64,000 nucleotides of DNA from Candidatus Bathyarchaeota archaeon (GTDB lineage: Archaea > Thermoproteota > Bathyarchaeia > Bathyarchaeales > Bathycorpusculaceae): NCBI GenBank assembly GCA_963811105.1, contig CAWEPZ010000013.1, positions 1 through 64,000 of the forward strand, read 5' to 3'. Numbering within the stretch: position 1 is the first letter of the stretch; each line of letters opens with the position of its first letter. This document shows, in pieces, positions 8,974 to 18,595 of this stretch. A program made the position numbers and the translations under genes. Under the pieces are notes generated by a model, which was given only the letters and a program-made list of their open reading frames with translations, ran no database searches and had not been told where the DNA came from.

Positions 8974-11900
8974 TCAATGGCGGTTTTTATTGTGACGAAG
9001 AACAAATAGACTTCCAAATATAACTAAAATTACTACAACAAGAGTGACTAGAAATACTACAGAGAAAGTTGGTGACGTTTGCTGGTTGGGAGTGATAGGT
9101 GTCTGGCTGCTTATACTATTGGATGGTTGGGTTGGTATTGGCGTTTGAGGTGGAGTTGGTTTCTGGCTTGTGTAAGGTGTTGCTGTCGGATGTGCAGTAG
9201 TAGATGGCGTATTCGGGGCTGGTGTATTGGTTGGTGTAGCAGGTGTAGTCGGCTGAGGAGTTGGAGGAGATAAAAACGGTGTTATCTTAATAACTCGAAA
9301 ATTATCGGAGGTAACTGTAACGCTATAATTATCCATTGCTTGACGAGGGAGCACCGAAGTGTCGCCTGTCCACAGATCTCTTACGGTATAGTACTCAAAA
9401 CCCTCCAATCCCGTTTGGTTGAGCGGAATCTTAACTGAAACGGCAGCAGCGGAAGTTAAATTGTCATTTCCAACTATGAGAACTGCCTCGCGTTGGTTCG
9501 GCAGGAACCTAAGATATGGCGTTGGAGAAGCCCTTATTGAAGACGTAAAGTTACCAACCACAACTACATTACTATTATTTCCTTCGGATGAGAAATAATG
9601 AAGAGCTGGTTCAGTTTCTCTTATACTAATTACTTTTTTGAAACCCTGATAGAAATCGTTGTTTTTTGAATTTTCCAGTTCACCCCATTGCACTTCAGAG
9701 GGAAGTAACCACAAACCCGCGGAGTTAGGAACGGGCGCAAAAGTACTCTTGAATTCTTCACCTGCCATAAACATAGGAATGAACGGCGTGAAAAAAGATC
9801 CATATCCAACTCTAAAGAGGCTGCCCTCTAAATTGTAAGTCATGCTATCATGGCAAGAAACTGGAATCGTGTAATATTGCCTTTTTAGATTTGGAAACAC
9901 TTGATCTTGAGCTTTTTTCATGTCAGTGATAACTATGCCCATTGCCGGGTCAGGAAGATTATGAGAGTTTAGCATTGAAATGGGTAACCACTCACCGTCA
10001 ACTTGTTCAAAGTCGTAAACTCCAATATCAAACGGGTAATCATCAGGGTCCCCTTCGGGAATGATAAGCAGATCATGACCTGCCTGACGGGCATTTTCTT
10101 TTATTCTAGCGATTAAGTCAAAGCGACTACTGCCCAAATCTATTCTGAAGCCATCGATACCATAGTCAAGAATATACTTAGTATAAGTGTCAACCCACCA
10201 ATTATCCAAGTCGCTTTGCTCATAACCTCCCACAAAATCAATCATTCTAGTGTTAATTCCACGGAAGTCTTGGTCTATAGGGATTTCGTCGTAAGATGGG
10301 TTAGTCACTGCGCCAAACCAATCCGGATGCGCAGTAATGTCTGTTCGGTTAGGATAAGCAGTTACATAAGAAGGCATCGTTGAATTTGTTTTTACCAGGG
10401 GGCTATAAGACATTACACCATGAGCTACCATATCTACAATAACTTTTATTCCCCTTTGATGTGCCGAAGCAATTAGATCCTTGAATTCATGTTCTGTCTG
10501 TTGAATATCCGATGAGTTAGTGCCCAAAGAAGGTTCGATGAGTCCCGGGTGAATACCAGCATATTGCGTGTAAATATAGCCGAAATGCTTAGGGTCACCC
10601 CAAGAATAGCCTGACAGCCAAATTGCTGTTATTCCCAAATCTTGAAGGTAGTCTAATTTTTCGCTAAGTGATTTGAAATTGCCTGTTTGGGAACCATTGG
10701 GTGAAGTAAACGTTTGAGTATTTATCTCGTAAATGATTAAGTTGTCTATCCAATTAGGTTTTGTCAAATCTGCGTTGAAGGCTTTAAACTTGACAAGTGA
10801 AACTTGGCTTGGATAACCAGTGTGATTTGAGGGGATAATGGTAAACCCATTTGAACTAAAAGGTCCAGATACAAGATCTCCGAAACCTGTGAACTCCCAT
10901 GAAGACCAATTCATAATTGAATAATATTGCTTTCTATAAAGTCCACCTTCATTATTCTTGATTGTTACAAAGAGGTTTCCGTTTTCAATACTTAATTTAG
11001 GCGAAGCAACCGCGCTTCCATCTAAAGAGTACCAATCTGTTAAACCTTCATATTCTCCGTTTCTTGCGGTATCCCAGCTTTCCATGGTAAGAGGAGTCCA
11101 TTCTCTAGCATATAGGCTGTCGTCTCGACCCTGTCCAACAATTATGAAGCGATCATTGAACGCTAAAAGCACGGGTTGCGCTTCCAACAAGCCCCCCAAA
11201 AACTTTGCACGATAAAAAGTGGCAGCATCCCCACCGACCTCACTACTTGTTAGTTCGGCGACAACAACCTTCTGTTCCCCGTTCCATTGCCAAATTTTTC
11301 TATCTGAACCTAAACCAAAAATCTCCGAGTTCGAAATCACATAAAATCGGTTGCTGAAGGGACCGTTGACCACCTCATTCCAAGTGGTTCCGTTCCAAAA
11401 TGCGATGTTTTGTTTATCATCAATTGCATAGATCTCATTGGTTGATTTTACGATGAAATAATCTTGAATTGCGCCATTTCTTATAACCGGCTGCCATTCT
11501 AATCCATTCCACTTAATTAGCTTTTCATCCTTGCTTACTCCGTAAATCTCTTGCCGAGAAACCACTTGTATATGGTCTTTGACGCCTGAAGAACCCGATG
11601 TAATGCCCTCCCAGACAAACCCATTCCACAGGTAGACTTGATTATCTTTACCAATTGCGTATATTTCATGGTCAGAGACAAAGTAGAAGTCATCAATTAT
11701 GTCTCCGTTAGAAGTTAGGGCATTCCAGTTTTTCCCATTCCATTCTAGCAGTTCAAATTCACCGCTTACGCTCTTGCTTAAACCATAAATTTGGGTGGGT
11801 GACTCAACCATTATTCTCTTTTCAACTGATCTTCCAGAGGTAACTTGCCACCACCAAGCGCCATTCCAATGCCAAATATTTCCATCATCAGCAAGGGCAT

Positions 11901-12084
11901 ATACATCGTTTTCCCGTCCTGAAGCCAAGCAGAAATCATCTTTGATTTGAGGGGAAGCAAGTGTTTGGGCTTTTACATTGGCTGAATTTAAGTGTGAAAG
12001 AGTAGTGCCTGAACAAACTATGAGAAGAACTAAGAAAAATCCAATATATCGAGATCTAAGTTTTCTTATGCTTGGAAAATTCAT
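8974..12084 (-). CDS. Secreted, membrane-anchored GH13 (alpha-amylase family) enzyme with N-terminal beta-propeller repeats
   Basis: Likely start ATG 12084 then a signal peptide, six WNG repeats, GH13 regions DMVAH, DGFRID, IPEG and CHD, a P/T linker, and a C-terminal TM helix with basic tail (ORF track start 12255). Confidence 0.88.
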   Translation of the reverse strand: MNFPSIRKLRSRYIGFFLVLLIVCSGTTLSHLNSANVKAQTLASPQIKDDFCLASGRENDVYALADDGNIWHWNGAWWWQVTSGRSVEKRIMVESPTQIYGLSKSVSGEFELLEWNGKNWNALTSNGDIIDDFYFVSDHEIYAIGKDNQVYLWNGFVWEGITSGSSGVKDHIQVVSRQEIYGVSKDEKLIKWNGLEWQPVIRNGAIQDYFIVKSTNEIYAIDDKQNIAFWNGTTWNEVVNGPFSNRFYVISNSEIFGLGSDRKIWQWNGEQKVVVAELTSSEVGGDAATFYRAKFLGGLLEAQPVLLAFNDRFIIVGQGRDDSLYAREWTPLTMESWDTARNGEYEGLTDWYSLDGSAVASPKLSIENGNLFVTIKNNEGGLYRKQYYSIMNWSSWEFTGFGDLVSGPFSSNGFTIIPSNHTGYPSQVSLVKFKAFNADLTKPNWIDNLIIYEINTQTFTSPNGSQTGNFKSLSEKLDYLQDLGITAIWLSGYSWGDPKHFGYIYTQYAGIHPGLIEPSLGTNSSDIQQTEHEFKDLIASAHQRGIKVIVDMVAHGVMSYSPLVKTNSTMPSYVTAYPNRTDITAHPDWFGAVTNPSYDEIPIDQDFRGINTRMIDFVGGYEQSDLDNWWVDTYTKYILDYGIDGFRIDLGSSRFDLIARIKENARQAGHDLLIIPEGDPDDYPFDIGVYDFEQVDGEWLPISMLNSHNLPDPAMGIVITDMKKAQDQVFPNLKRQYYTIPVSCHDSMTYNLEGSLFRVGYGSFFTPFIPMFMAGEEFKSTFAPVPNSAGLWLLPSEVQWGELENSKNNDFYQGFKKVISIRETEPALHYFSSEGNNSNVVVVGNFTSSIRASPTPYLRFLPNQREAVLIVGNDNLTSAAAVSVKIPLNQTGLEGFEYYTVRDLWTGDTSVLPRQAMDNYSVTVTSDNFRVIKITPFLSPPTPQPTTPATPTNTPAPNTPSTTAHPTATPYTSQKPTPPQTPIPTQPSNSISSQTPITPNQQTSPTFSVVFLVTLVVVILVIFGSLFVLRHNKNRH

Positions 12085-12340
12085 GGCTAGTTTATTCCTC
12101 AGAGCAAACGTTAATTGAAGCAAATGATGATCGGATTTAGTAATATTAGGCTTATTTCGTAAGAAGTTATAATAGTAACCGAATAATATTATGCGGGCAA
12201 TAGTAGATTTATTGGTTTCCTGTTTGCGGCTTTGTGATTTGGTCGGTGATTGCATTCATCTCTCCGAAGCCTCATTTATGCGCTTAATAGTTATGCTTTA
12301 TTAACTAATGATTCACATTATGAATCATAAAAAAATTGAA

Positions 12341-13105
12341 CTAAGATATTTTTGCAATAACTAACATCCCTGTACACATATTTTTTGACACCTTTTCAAG
12401 GAACTTGAAACCTTTCCAATTTTCAAGTCCGAAGGAATTGATGACTTGAAAACCATTATCCTGAAGTAAATCACATAAAGAATAAATCGTGAATGGACGG
12501 ATATGACCAGCAGGCTTCCAAGTATCCATACGATGTTTCAAAGAGGCAAGCCGGTAACCATAACTTAATTTTTTTGTTGATACTTCAGTGTTAAATGGTT
12601 GAATTCCTAAAGGTACTAAAATTCGGTTTTTCCAGCAAACCACATTTAAAGTCGTTATCAATAAGATGCCATCAGCAGAGATGCTTTTTCTTATAGAGGT
12701 TAACAAGAAATCAGTATTAAAAATATGCTCTATGGTCTCGAAAACTGTGATTACTTGGCAGTCTTTGGGGAAAAGAGAATCGGAATTAAAATCTAAACAA
12801 GAAAATGTTATCCCCTCACTTTCACAGGCGTTTTGGCATTCTCTTGAAGCGTCAGCGCCAACTGCTTCAACCGAGATGCCTGATGTTTCTTGAATGAATT
12901 GGGCAAATTTTCTTGTTCCCTTGCCGCTTCCGCAGCCTATGTCAAGATACTTTATGGATTCTCGATTTTTTTTCCAATCTTTTGCCAAACTGGAGAAAAG
13001 TTGTATTACAGGCTTTTTAGATATCAATTCACCGTACCTGTCTGGGGTTTGCTCGAACCTTTCCCTGTGGTTATAAAAGCAATCTGTTCCTTGTTGACTT
13101 ACCAT
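12341..13105 (-). CDS. Class I SAM-dependent methyltransferase (glycan-cluster type)
   Basis: YLDIGCGSG motif I; FETIEH; GHIRPFT. Confidence 0.9.
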   Translation of the reverse strand: MVSQQGTDCFYNHRERFEQTPDRYGELISKKPVIQLFSSLAKDWKKNRESIKYLDIGCGSGKGTRKFAQFIQETSGISVEAVGADASRECQNACESEGITFSCLDFNSDSLFPKDCQVITVFETIEHIFNTDFLLTSIRKSISADGILLITTLNVVCWKNRILVPLGIQPFNTEVSTKKLSYGYRLASLKHRMDTWKPAGHIRPFTIYSLCDLLQDNGFQVINSFGLENWKGFKFLEKVSKNMCTGMLVIAKIS

Positions 13106-15831
13106 TTATCGTTACCTTTTCTAATTTTAGATTTTAGTTTGTTGACAAATTTTGTATAGATTGACGGACTTAGTACATATACAAGCATGGCGTCAGTAAA
13201 AACAATAGATACTGTGATTAAACTGTAAGATAGCTCTTTGTCTTGTATGCCGATTAATATTTTCTGGTCTGTTATTGTTTGAGTTGGGTTGAAAATCCAG
13301 CCTTTGAAGAAGACATTGGCCTGAATATTGCTCGTACGCAAAGATGTTTGGGTGTCCTTTAAGTTGTTATATAGATATTGCGAGACAACAGCAAAGTTAG
13401 TCAAATTAGTAGATACCAATAATGAGGACTGTTCCGGACTGTCTTCCAAGACCTTATATGAGACTTGGTTGAAATCTTGGCGCACAGCAAACAACCTTAC
13501 GGGATTGCTTTTGGTTAAGCTTATTTGGGAAAAATGTGAGATGGATTGTTCAGAAACCAAGGACACGTTTGCCAATTTGGGTACCACTGGAAAAGTCACG
13601 AATAAATTCCCGTTAATATAAACATTCACTTGATCAATTAAACGAGTGATTTTAACGTTAATGGATTCATTTGGGTTTCGAAGGCTGTAGCTGCTGTATT
13701 GGTTTATTACGGCTGAATTGAAAATGCCGTTTTGTTCAACCGCTAACTCAACATAACCGTTGTCGTGGAAAATAATGAAATACACTTCATTTCCAGTATC
13801 GATAAGAACTCGTGGGCTTAGGAAGCTTATTAAGCCATTTTCTAATATGTTAACTTCAAAATTCAATGTGAAGCTTCCATATGTGCCCATTGAAAGCGCA
13901 GTTGAATTTAGAGTTATATCATCGAATTGCCTTGTTTGCGCTGTTTCAGTCTCTACAGCTTTAACTGTATCTCCCGGCGATAACGTGGTTATGGTTGAGA
14001 AATCATTTGTTGCTTCAAGACCTTTCTGTAATAACTTGACGGTTCTTGATTTGTTGCCGTTAGTGATATCAATTGACAAATTGTTTGTAATATTGCTCGG
14101 CAAGTAAAAAGCATGTACATCGTAGATTCCTTGGTTTATGGAAAGTGGAACATTGAGCTGAGAAATTAAGTTCTGCTGATTCATAAAGACTGGTAAATCG
14201 CTAAAGTTAACAAAGTCAAATGCGTACTTCAGAGTACCGATGTCATCATAGAAGACGTAATTGTTTGAAGCATAGATTGAGGGCAAAGCGTTCGGATTAT
14301 CATAGAGACGGTAATCTTGTGAACTATCAACAAGCGTGAGAGCGCTGTCACTTCTAATTTGCCGAAGAGTATTATTCATGTTATATGTGACTGGAAAAAT
14401 TAACCCTTCGTGTGCATCATAAACATTCATTACCGCCAAAGATTTTATTGAAAACAAACCCAAAGCTTTGCTCCAAGAAAAGTTTCCTTCTGATACTAAC
14501 TTGGATGCCCCATAATTTACAGACGAAACGAGCTGGAAAATACGGGAATTAGGGTCTGCATAGAGTTCGGCTTTATGGGTATAAGGCAAAATTATTCCTC
14601 GCTGGTTCTGGAATTGCTGCGCCAGTTGGTTTGACGCGTTTACGTATGTTTGGTTGTATAGTCCGCCCCAATTCAACGAATCTGACACTTCTTGGAGGGT
14701 TGTTTTACCTGCGTAGTTAATTAGCCAGGGGCTGTTGTAAACTACTGTACCGACGATTAACAGTGTTAGCGCTAAGCCGACAAAGAACTTCCTTTTACCT
14801 CTTATAGCCGAAAACTCGATCATTCCAAAAAACCAAAAAACGGTTGTTAAAATAGAAATAAGCATGATCACCCTTAGTTTGATAGGAGTCTCCCATGTTT
14901 TAAGAACTAAAGCTAATGCTCCAGAATTAAGTGAGCCGACATTAAGGTTTTTCATCAGTAAAATTAGAGTTAACGCGGTTCCGAAAAGCAGGATGCTCTG
15001 AAAAAAGAACATCCTATCTTTGTTTAATTTGTTTCTGGGCAAAAAAAGCGCTAAAACTGATAGGACAAAAAAAGCAAACAGAACATAACCGCAATAATTC
15101 GTTATGGCGTTTGAATCATACCAAGCATTAGTTCCTAGCCCAGCCCCAGCATCGCCTCCTAACCTGAGAAGAGTGTTCAAATTGGAGTTCTGGTAAGTAT
15201 AGTCGATTGTTTGAATAAAACTTGAGGATGAACCCTGGAAATAAGTTGCCATAGGAGCTTTTTGGATATTAAATTGCGAAATGATAAGCGGCGAAAGGAC
15301 GATAAGGATTATTAGTCCAAAGATTGAGAAGTTGATAATACAAAGCTTGAAGAATTTTTTTGTCAGGCGGTACCTTATGAATAAAGTAATTACGAAAGTG
15401 AGAATTAAGAAAATTGTCACTAAAGCAACTGATAAGATGAATTGTTCATTAGCTGATGCCGTTAAAGCAAGAAATAACGCAGCAAATCCGAAGTTTTGCA
15501 CTAAGCCAGGTGTCTTTTGTGACTGCATTTCTCTTAGGGAACGTACAAAGAATTTCAGCCCCAAAGGCAACAGAACTAAAGAAAAAGCGTTGATAATCGA
15601 TGCATAATAGTAAGGTACAATTGGATTTATTAGGTAAAGAACTGAAACTAAAATTCTCAGACGGTCACTTTTTAAGAATTCCTTTGAAAAAAGGTAAAAC
15701 GAAACCATTGAGAGGACGTAGAATAGAAAAGGATAAACAATTGTTGAGGGAAGATTAAGCAAAGCAATAAGGTAGGTTAAGGGGAATAGAAACCCAGATT
15801 TGAAAGTCGAAAGAACCCCAATATCTCCCAT
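13099..15831 (-). CDS. Large polytopic membrane protein with big extracellular domain, GT-C/YfhO-like (3' part of a frameshifted gene starting at 16042)
   Basis: About 11 TM helices, LYLINP motif, YDNPNALP, ANVFFKGW and a C-terminal TM; the reading frame stays open upstream through LVIGDNFRW. Confidence 0.7.
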   Translation of the reverse strand: MGDIGVLSTFKSGFLFPLTYLIALLNLPSTIVYPFLFYVLSMVSFYLFSKEFLKSDRLRILVSVLYLINPIVPYYYASIINAFSLVLLPLGLKFFVRSLREMQSQKTPGLVQNFGFAALFLALTASANEQFILSVALVTIFLILTFVITLFIRYRLTKKFFKLCIINFSIFGLIILIVLSPLIISQFNIQKAPMATYFQGSSSSFIQTIDYTYQNSNLNTLLRLGGDAGAGLGTNAWYDSNAITNYCGYVLFAFFVLSVLALFLPRNKLNKDRMFFFQSILLFGTALTLILLMKNLNVGSLNSGALALVLKTWETPIKLRVIMLISILTTVFWFFGMIEFSAIRGKRKFFVGLALTLLIVGTVVYNSPWLINYAGKTTLQEVSDSLNWGGLYNQTYVNASNQLAQQFQNQRGIILPYTHKAELYADPNSRIFQLVSSVNYGASKLVSEGNFSWSKALGLFSIKSLAVMNVYDAHEGLIFPVTYNMNNTLRQIRSDSALTLVDSSQDYRLYDNPNALPSIYASNNYVFYDDIGTLKYAFDFVNFSDLPVFMNQQNLISQLNVPLSINQGIYDVHAFYLPSNITNNLSIDITNGNKSRTVKLLQKGLEATNDFSTITTLSPGDTVKAVETETAQTRQFDDITLNSTALSMGTYGSFTLNFEVNILENGLISFLSPRVLIDTGNEVYFIIFHDNGYVELAVEQNGIFNSAVINQYSSYSLRNPNESINVKITRLIDQVNVYINGNLFVTFPVVPKLANVSLVSEQSISHFSQISLTKSNPVRLFAVRQDFNQVSYKVLEDSPEQSSLLVSTNLTNFAVVSQYLYNNLKDTQTSLRTSNIQANVFFKGWIFNPTQTITDQKILIGIQDKELSYSLITVSIVFTDAMLVYVLSPSIYTKFVNKLKSKIRKGNDKW

Positions 15832-16042
15832 ATAAGACGAACGAACAATTTTTGGCCCTATAATGTCGACGATATTGCTTTGAGTCCAGCGAAAATTGTC
15901 GCCAATAACTAAGACTAGGCAAGAAAATAACGCTAAAAGTTAAGAAGAGGGCAATTGCAAGAAAAACAATTAGAGGAAAAGTGAAGCGCTTGGCTGCATG
16001 TATAGTTTTGTATCCCAGGAGAGCTTTTGAAAACGCAATCAC
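15755..16042 (-). CDS. 5' part (first TM helix) of the gene continuing in 13099-15831; frameshift about 15905-15940
   Basis: TM helix FPLIVFLAIALFLTFSVIFLP; the alternative frame continues into the 910-aa ORF. Confidence 0.6.
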   Translation of the reverse strand: MIAFSKALLGYKTIHAAKRFTFPLIVFLAIALFLTFSVIFLPSLSYWRQFSLDSKQYRRHYRAKNCSFVLYGRYWGSFDFQIWVSIPLNLPYCFA

Positions 16043-16072
16043 CTATACGAGCGGCTGGTTAATAAGGTAGTT

Positions 16073-17272
16073 CTAGCATTTTTCACTGATAAACTTATTG
16101 TAGACATCAATATATTGATCGGCAATTTCTTTCCAAGATAGAACTTTACTATTATTCGTGTTCGCAATAAGCCTGTCTTTTAGGCGCGAATCCGTCATGA
16201 TCCTGACTATTGCACGACCTAACTCTTCAGCGTTCCCCATAGGAGCAAGCAGAGCAGTGTCTGTTTTAATTATCTCGACTGAAGACGGAGTGTCAAACGC
16301 TACAAGCGGCTTATGCATCGTTAAAGCTTCTAGTATAACTATGCCAAACGGTTCCTGAAGTGAAGGAAAAACGACAACCTCACATCGTTTATAAAGAGAC
16401 GCCTTACTTTCCTCATCTATCCAACCGATTAACTTTATGTTGTCTGAAAGACCATTCTTTTTAACTAAATCATCCAGAACAGGCTTATACGATCCAGACC
16501 CAGCAATCACGGCTACGGCGTCAGGAACTTCTGCGATTACTGTTCGCATTGCATCAATAAGAAATTGAAAACCTTTCGATTCACTCATTCTTCCAACCGC
16601 AAAAATAACTCTCTTGTTCTTCAAAGAATATTTTTTTTCGACATAACTCGACAATTCAGCTTTAACGTTGATTAAGGAATCGTTTGGGCCATTGGGAATA
16701 ACTATCGTCTCTTTATTAACTAAATTGTTACTCGCACATTCAGTCGTCAAAGCATTAGAAACCACTGTTACCGCCTTCGCCCTTTTTGCCATAACTCTTA
16801 CAATTGTTTGCAAATATATCTTAAATAGCGTTTTAGCAAGAACACCTGACTTCTCAATGGATTTGGGAATCCCATGGCAAGTTAAGACGTATTTCTTACC
16901 TAAAAATACACAAAAAAGAGCTGTCATATTAATCATTGGATGGCAATAACCATGGAGATGAATAACGTCATCTTTGCTTTGAATTACCCCCTTTATTATA
17001 TGCAAAGTTCCGCTTACAGTTGGAAGAGTATAGGAAGCTGAATCATATTTAGAAGATCTAGGAAAAGCCAATAATGGAACAAAGTTAACATAGAAGTCAT
17101 TAACTGGAACACTTTTAACCTTGCCAACGAACTCCTTATTACTAAAGTTCCCCGCTATCACGGTTACCTGATGGCCATCAAGATTGAGTTGTTTAGATAG
17201 ATTCTCGTAGACAACTCCGCCACCTCCAATGCTTATGGGTGGAAATTCAGGGGTAACTAGCAGAACTCTCAT
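16073..17272 (-). CDS. Glycosyltransferase family 4
   Basis: Likely start 17272 MRVLLVTPEFPP..GG; VGRMSESKG; EPFGIVILEAL. Confidence 0.93.
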   Translation of the reverse strand: MRVLLVTPEFPPISIGGGGVVYENLSKQLNLDGHQVTVIAGNFSNKEFVGKVKSVPVNDFYVNFVPLLAFPRSSKYDSASYTLPTVSGTLHIIKGVIQSKDDVIHLHGYCHPMINMTALFCVFLGKKYVLTCHGIPKSIEKSGVLAKTLFKIYLQTIVRVMAKRAKAVTVVSNALTTECASNNLVNKETIVIPNGPNDSLINVKAELSSYVEKKYSLKNKRVIFAVGRMSESKGFQFLIDAMRTVIAEVPDAVAVIAGSGSYKPVLDDLVKKNGLSDNIKLIGWIDEESKASLYKRCEVVVFPSLQEPFGIVILEALTMHKPLVAFDTPSSVEIIKTDTALLAPMGNAEELGRAIVRIMTDSRLKDRLIANTNNSKVLSWKEIADQYIDVYNKFISEKC

Positions 17273-17277
17273 GGTAT

Positions 17278-18492
17278 TCACGGGAAAAGCAATTCTTCGT
17301 AGAGAGCGCAAAATTGTGAAGCAATAATTTCCCACGACCGTGTGCTCGCAAAGTTGATGTTGCGCTGTCTTAATTCAAGTGCTAGTTTGGGGTTATCGAC
17401 GATTTCTTCGATTCTTTGAGCTAAAGCTCGAGGTTGATGTTGACTTATCAGTAAACCGCATCCTTCTTTAGCGAGCTCTCTGAATTCAGGCAAGTCAGTT
17501 GCAACAATTGGTGTTCCGAATGAACTTGCTAAGTGAGCGATACCGCTTGTTCCAGTGCACGTTCGATAAGGAAGAATTACAGCGTTAGCTTTTTCAAACA
17601 ATGCCTCAAGCTGATCCTCGGGAACATAGCCTAAGAAAAATATGTTTTTGTTGATTATTTTCCTGTATTTTTCTAGGTAGTCGGGGTAGTTTGGATGTGC
17701 TGCGCCGGCAAAGATTAGTTTTAAGGATCTATTCTTCTTTTCAAGAATATCAAATGCGTCTAACAATAGGTCGATATCTTTGTAAGGACCAGAATGACCT
17801 ATGTATAGAACCGAGTCCCTATTTCCCATTTCATTAAGCATACAACTGTTTTTCCAGGTGCCATGAGCAATCGTAACAGCTTTTTTGCAATGGTATCTCT
17901 TCTCGAAGAAATCAGTATGCGACTTCATAGTTAGAGTTACAGCTGAAGAAGAAGCAATTAATTTGGTAACAAAGAATGCGCTTATCCTATTGATAAAAGT
18001 ATTTTTAAAACCTGTTTTTTCAACATCAATTTTATCAATAATGTTGTGCATAGTAGTAACCGTTTTAAACCCCATCACTCTGCATAAAGAAGGCAAAGAG
18101 AGACCTACAAAGTTAGAAATTCTAGACTTCCCAAAAACAGCCATATGAACGTTGAAATGAACAATATCCGGTTTAAGAGACATTATTTTCTTCGGTATCG
18201 ACAAAAGAGACAATGGATCGTCTGATTTCCAAACCCTATGTAATGTTACCTTATCATTTATTCGACAGACTTCTTCCCGATCAGAAGTTCTCTCTGTAAT
18301 TATGTCAATGTGGCCCATGCTCTGACATTTCTGCAATTCCCCAACCAAGTTCAAAGCGTATTCGGCTAATCTTCCTTGCCTTGGTGGATAATTCGTTATT
18401 AAGGCTGTTTTCATCATGACATGTTTGTCGCGCCTTTTCGGCTTATTTTGATTTAGCTCTGATAAAGTCATTACTAACTTCCCGTCCTTCAT
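17278..18492 (-). CDS. Glycosyltransferase family 4 with an N-terminal stub derived from a wHTH regulator
   Basis: TNYPP, YKDID, LPY...SG..HLASSFGTPIVATD; the native GT start at about 18417 is in frame with a KPKRRDK stub. Confidence 0.9.
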   Translation of the reverse strand: MKDGKLVMTLSELNQNKPKRRDKHVMMKTALITNYPPRQGRLAEYALNLVGELQKCQSMGHIDIITERTSDREEVCRINDKVTLHRVWKSDDPLSLLSIPKKIMSLKPDIVHFNVHMAVFGKSRISNFVGLSLPSLCRVMGFKTVTTMHNIIDKIDVEKTGFKNTFINRISAFFVTKLIASSSAVTLTMKSHTDFFEKRYHCKKAVTIAHGTWKNSCMLNEMGNRDSVLYIGHSGPYKDIDLLLDAFDILEKKNRSLKLIFAGAAHPNYPDYLEKYRKIINKNIFFLGYVPEDQLEALFEKANAVILPYRTCTGTSGIAHLASSFGTPIVATDLPEFRELAKEGCGLLISQHQPRALAQRIEEIVDNPKLALELRQRNINFASTRSWEIIASQFCALYEELLFP

Positions 18493-18583
18493 TGTCTTCC
18501 CTCCTTAGCTTGCACGATTTTTTTTATAAGGCATGTTTCGTTGGTTGCATTATTTCGGATTTAGTAATATGGATCTATCAAAC
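18411..18583 (-). repeat. Duplicated promoter plus 5' coding stub of the wHTH gene (homologue at 38928-39100)
   Basis: tttgtcgcgccttttcggcttattt...tataaggcatgtttcgtt...gcattatttcggat...gtaatat is shared at a constant offset of 20517. Confidence 0.92.
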
Positions 18584-18595
18584 TAGTCCCTCTCT

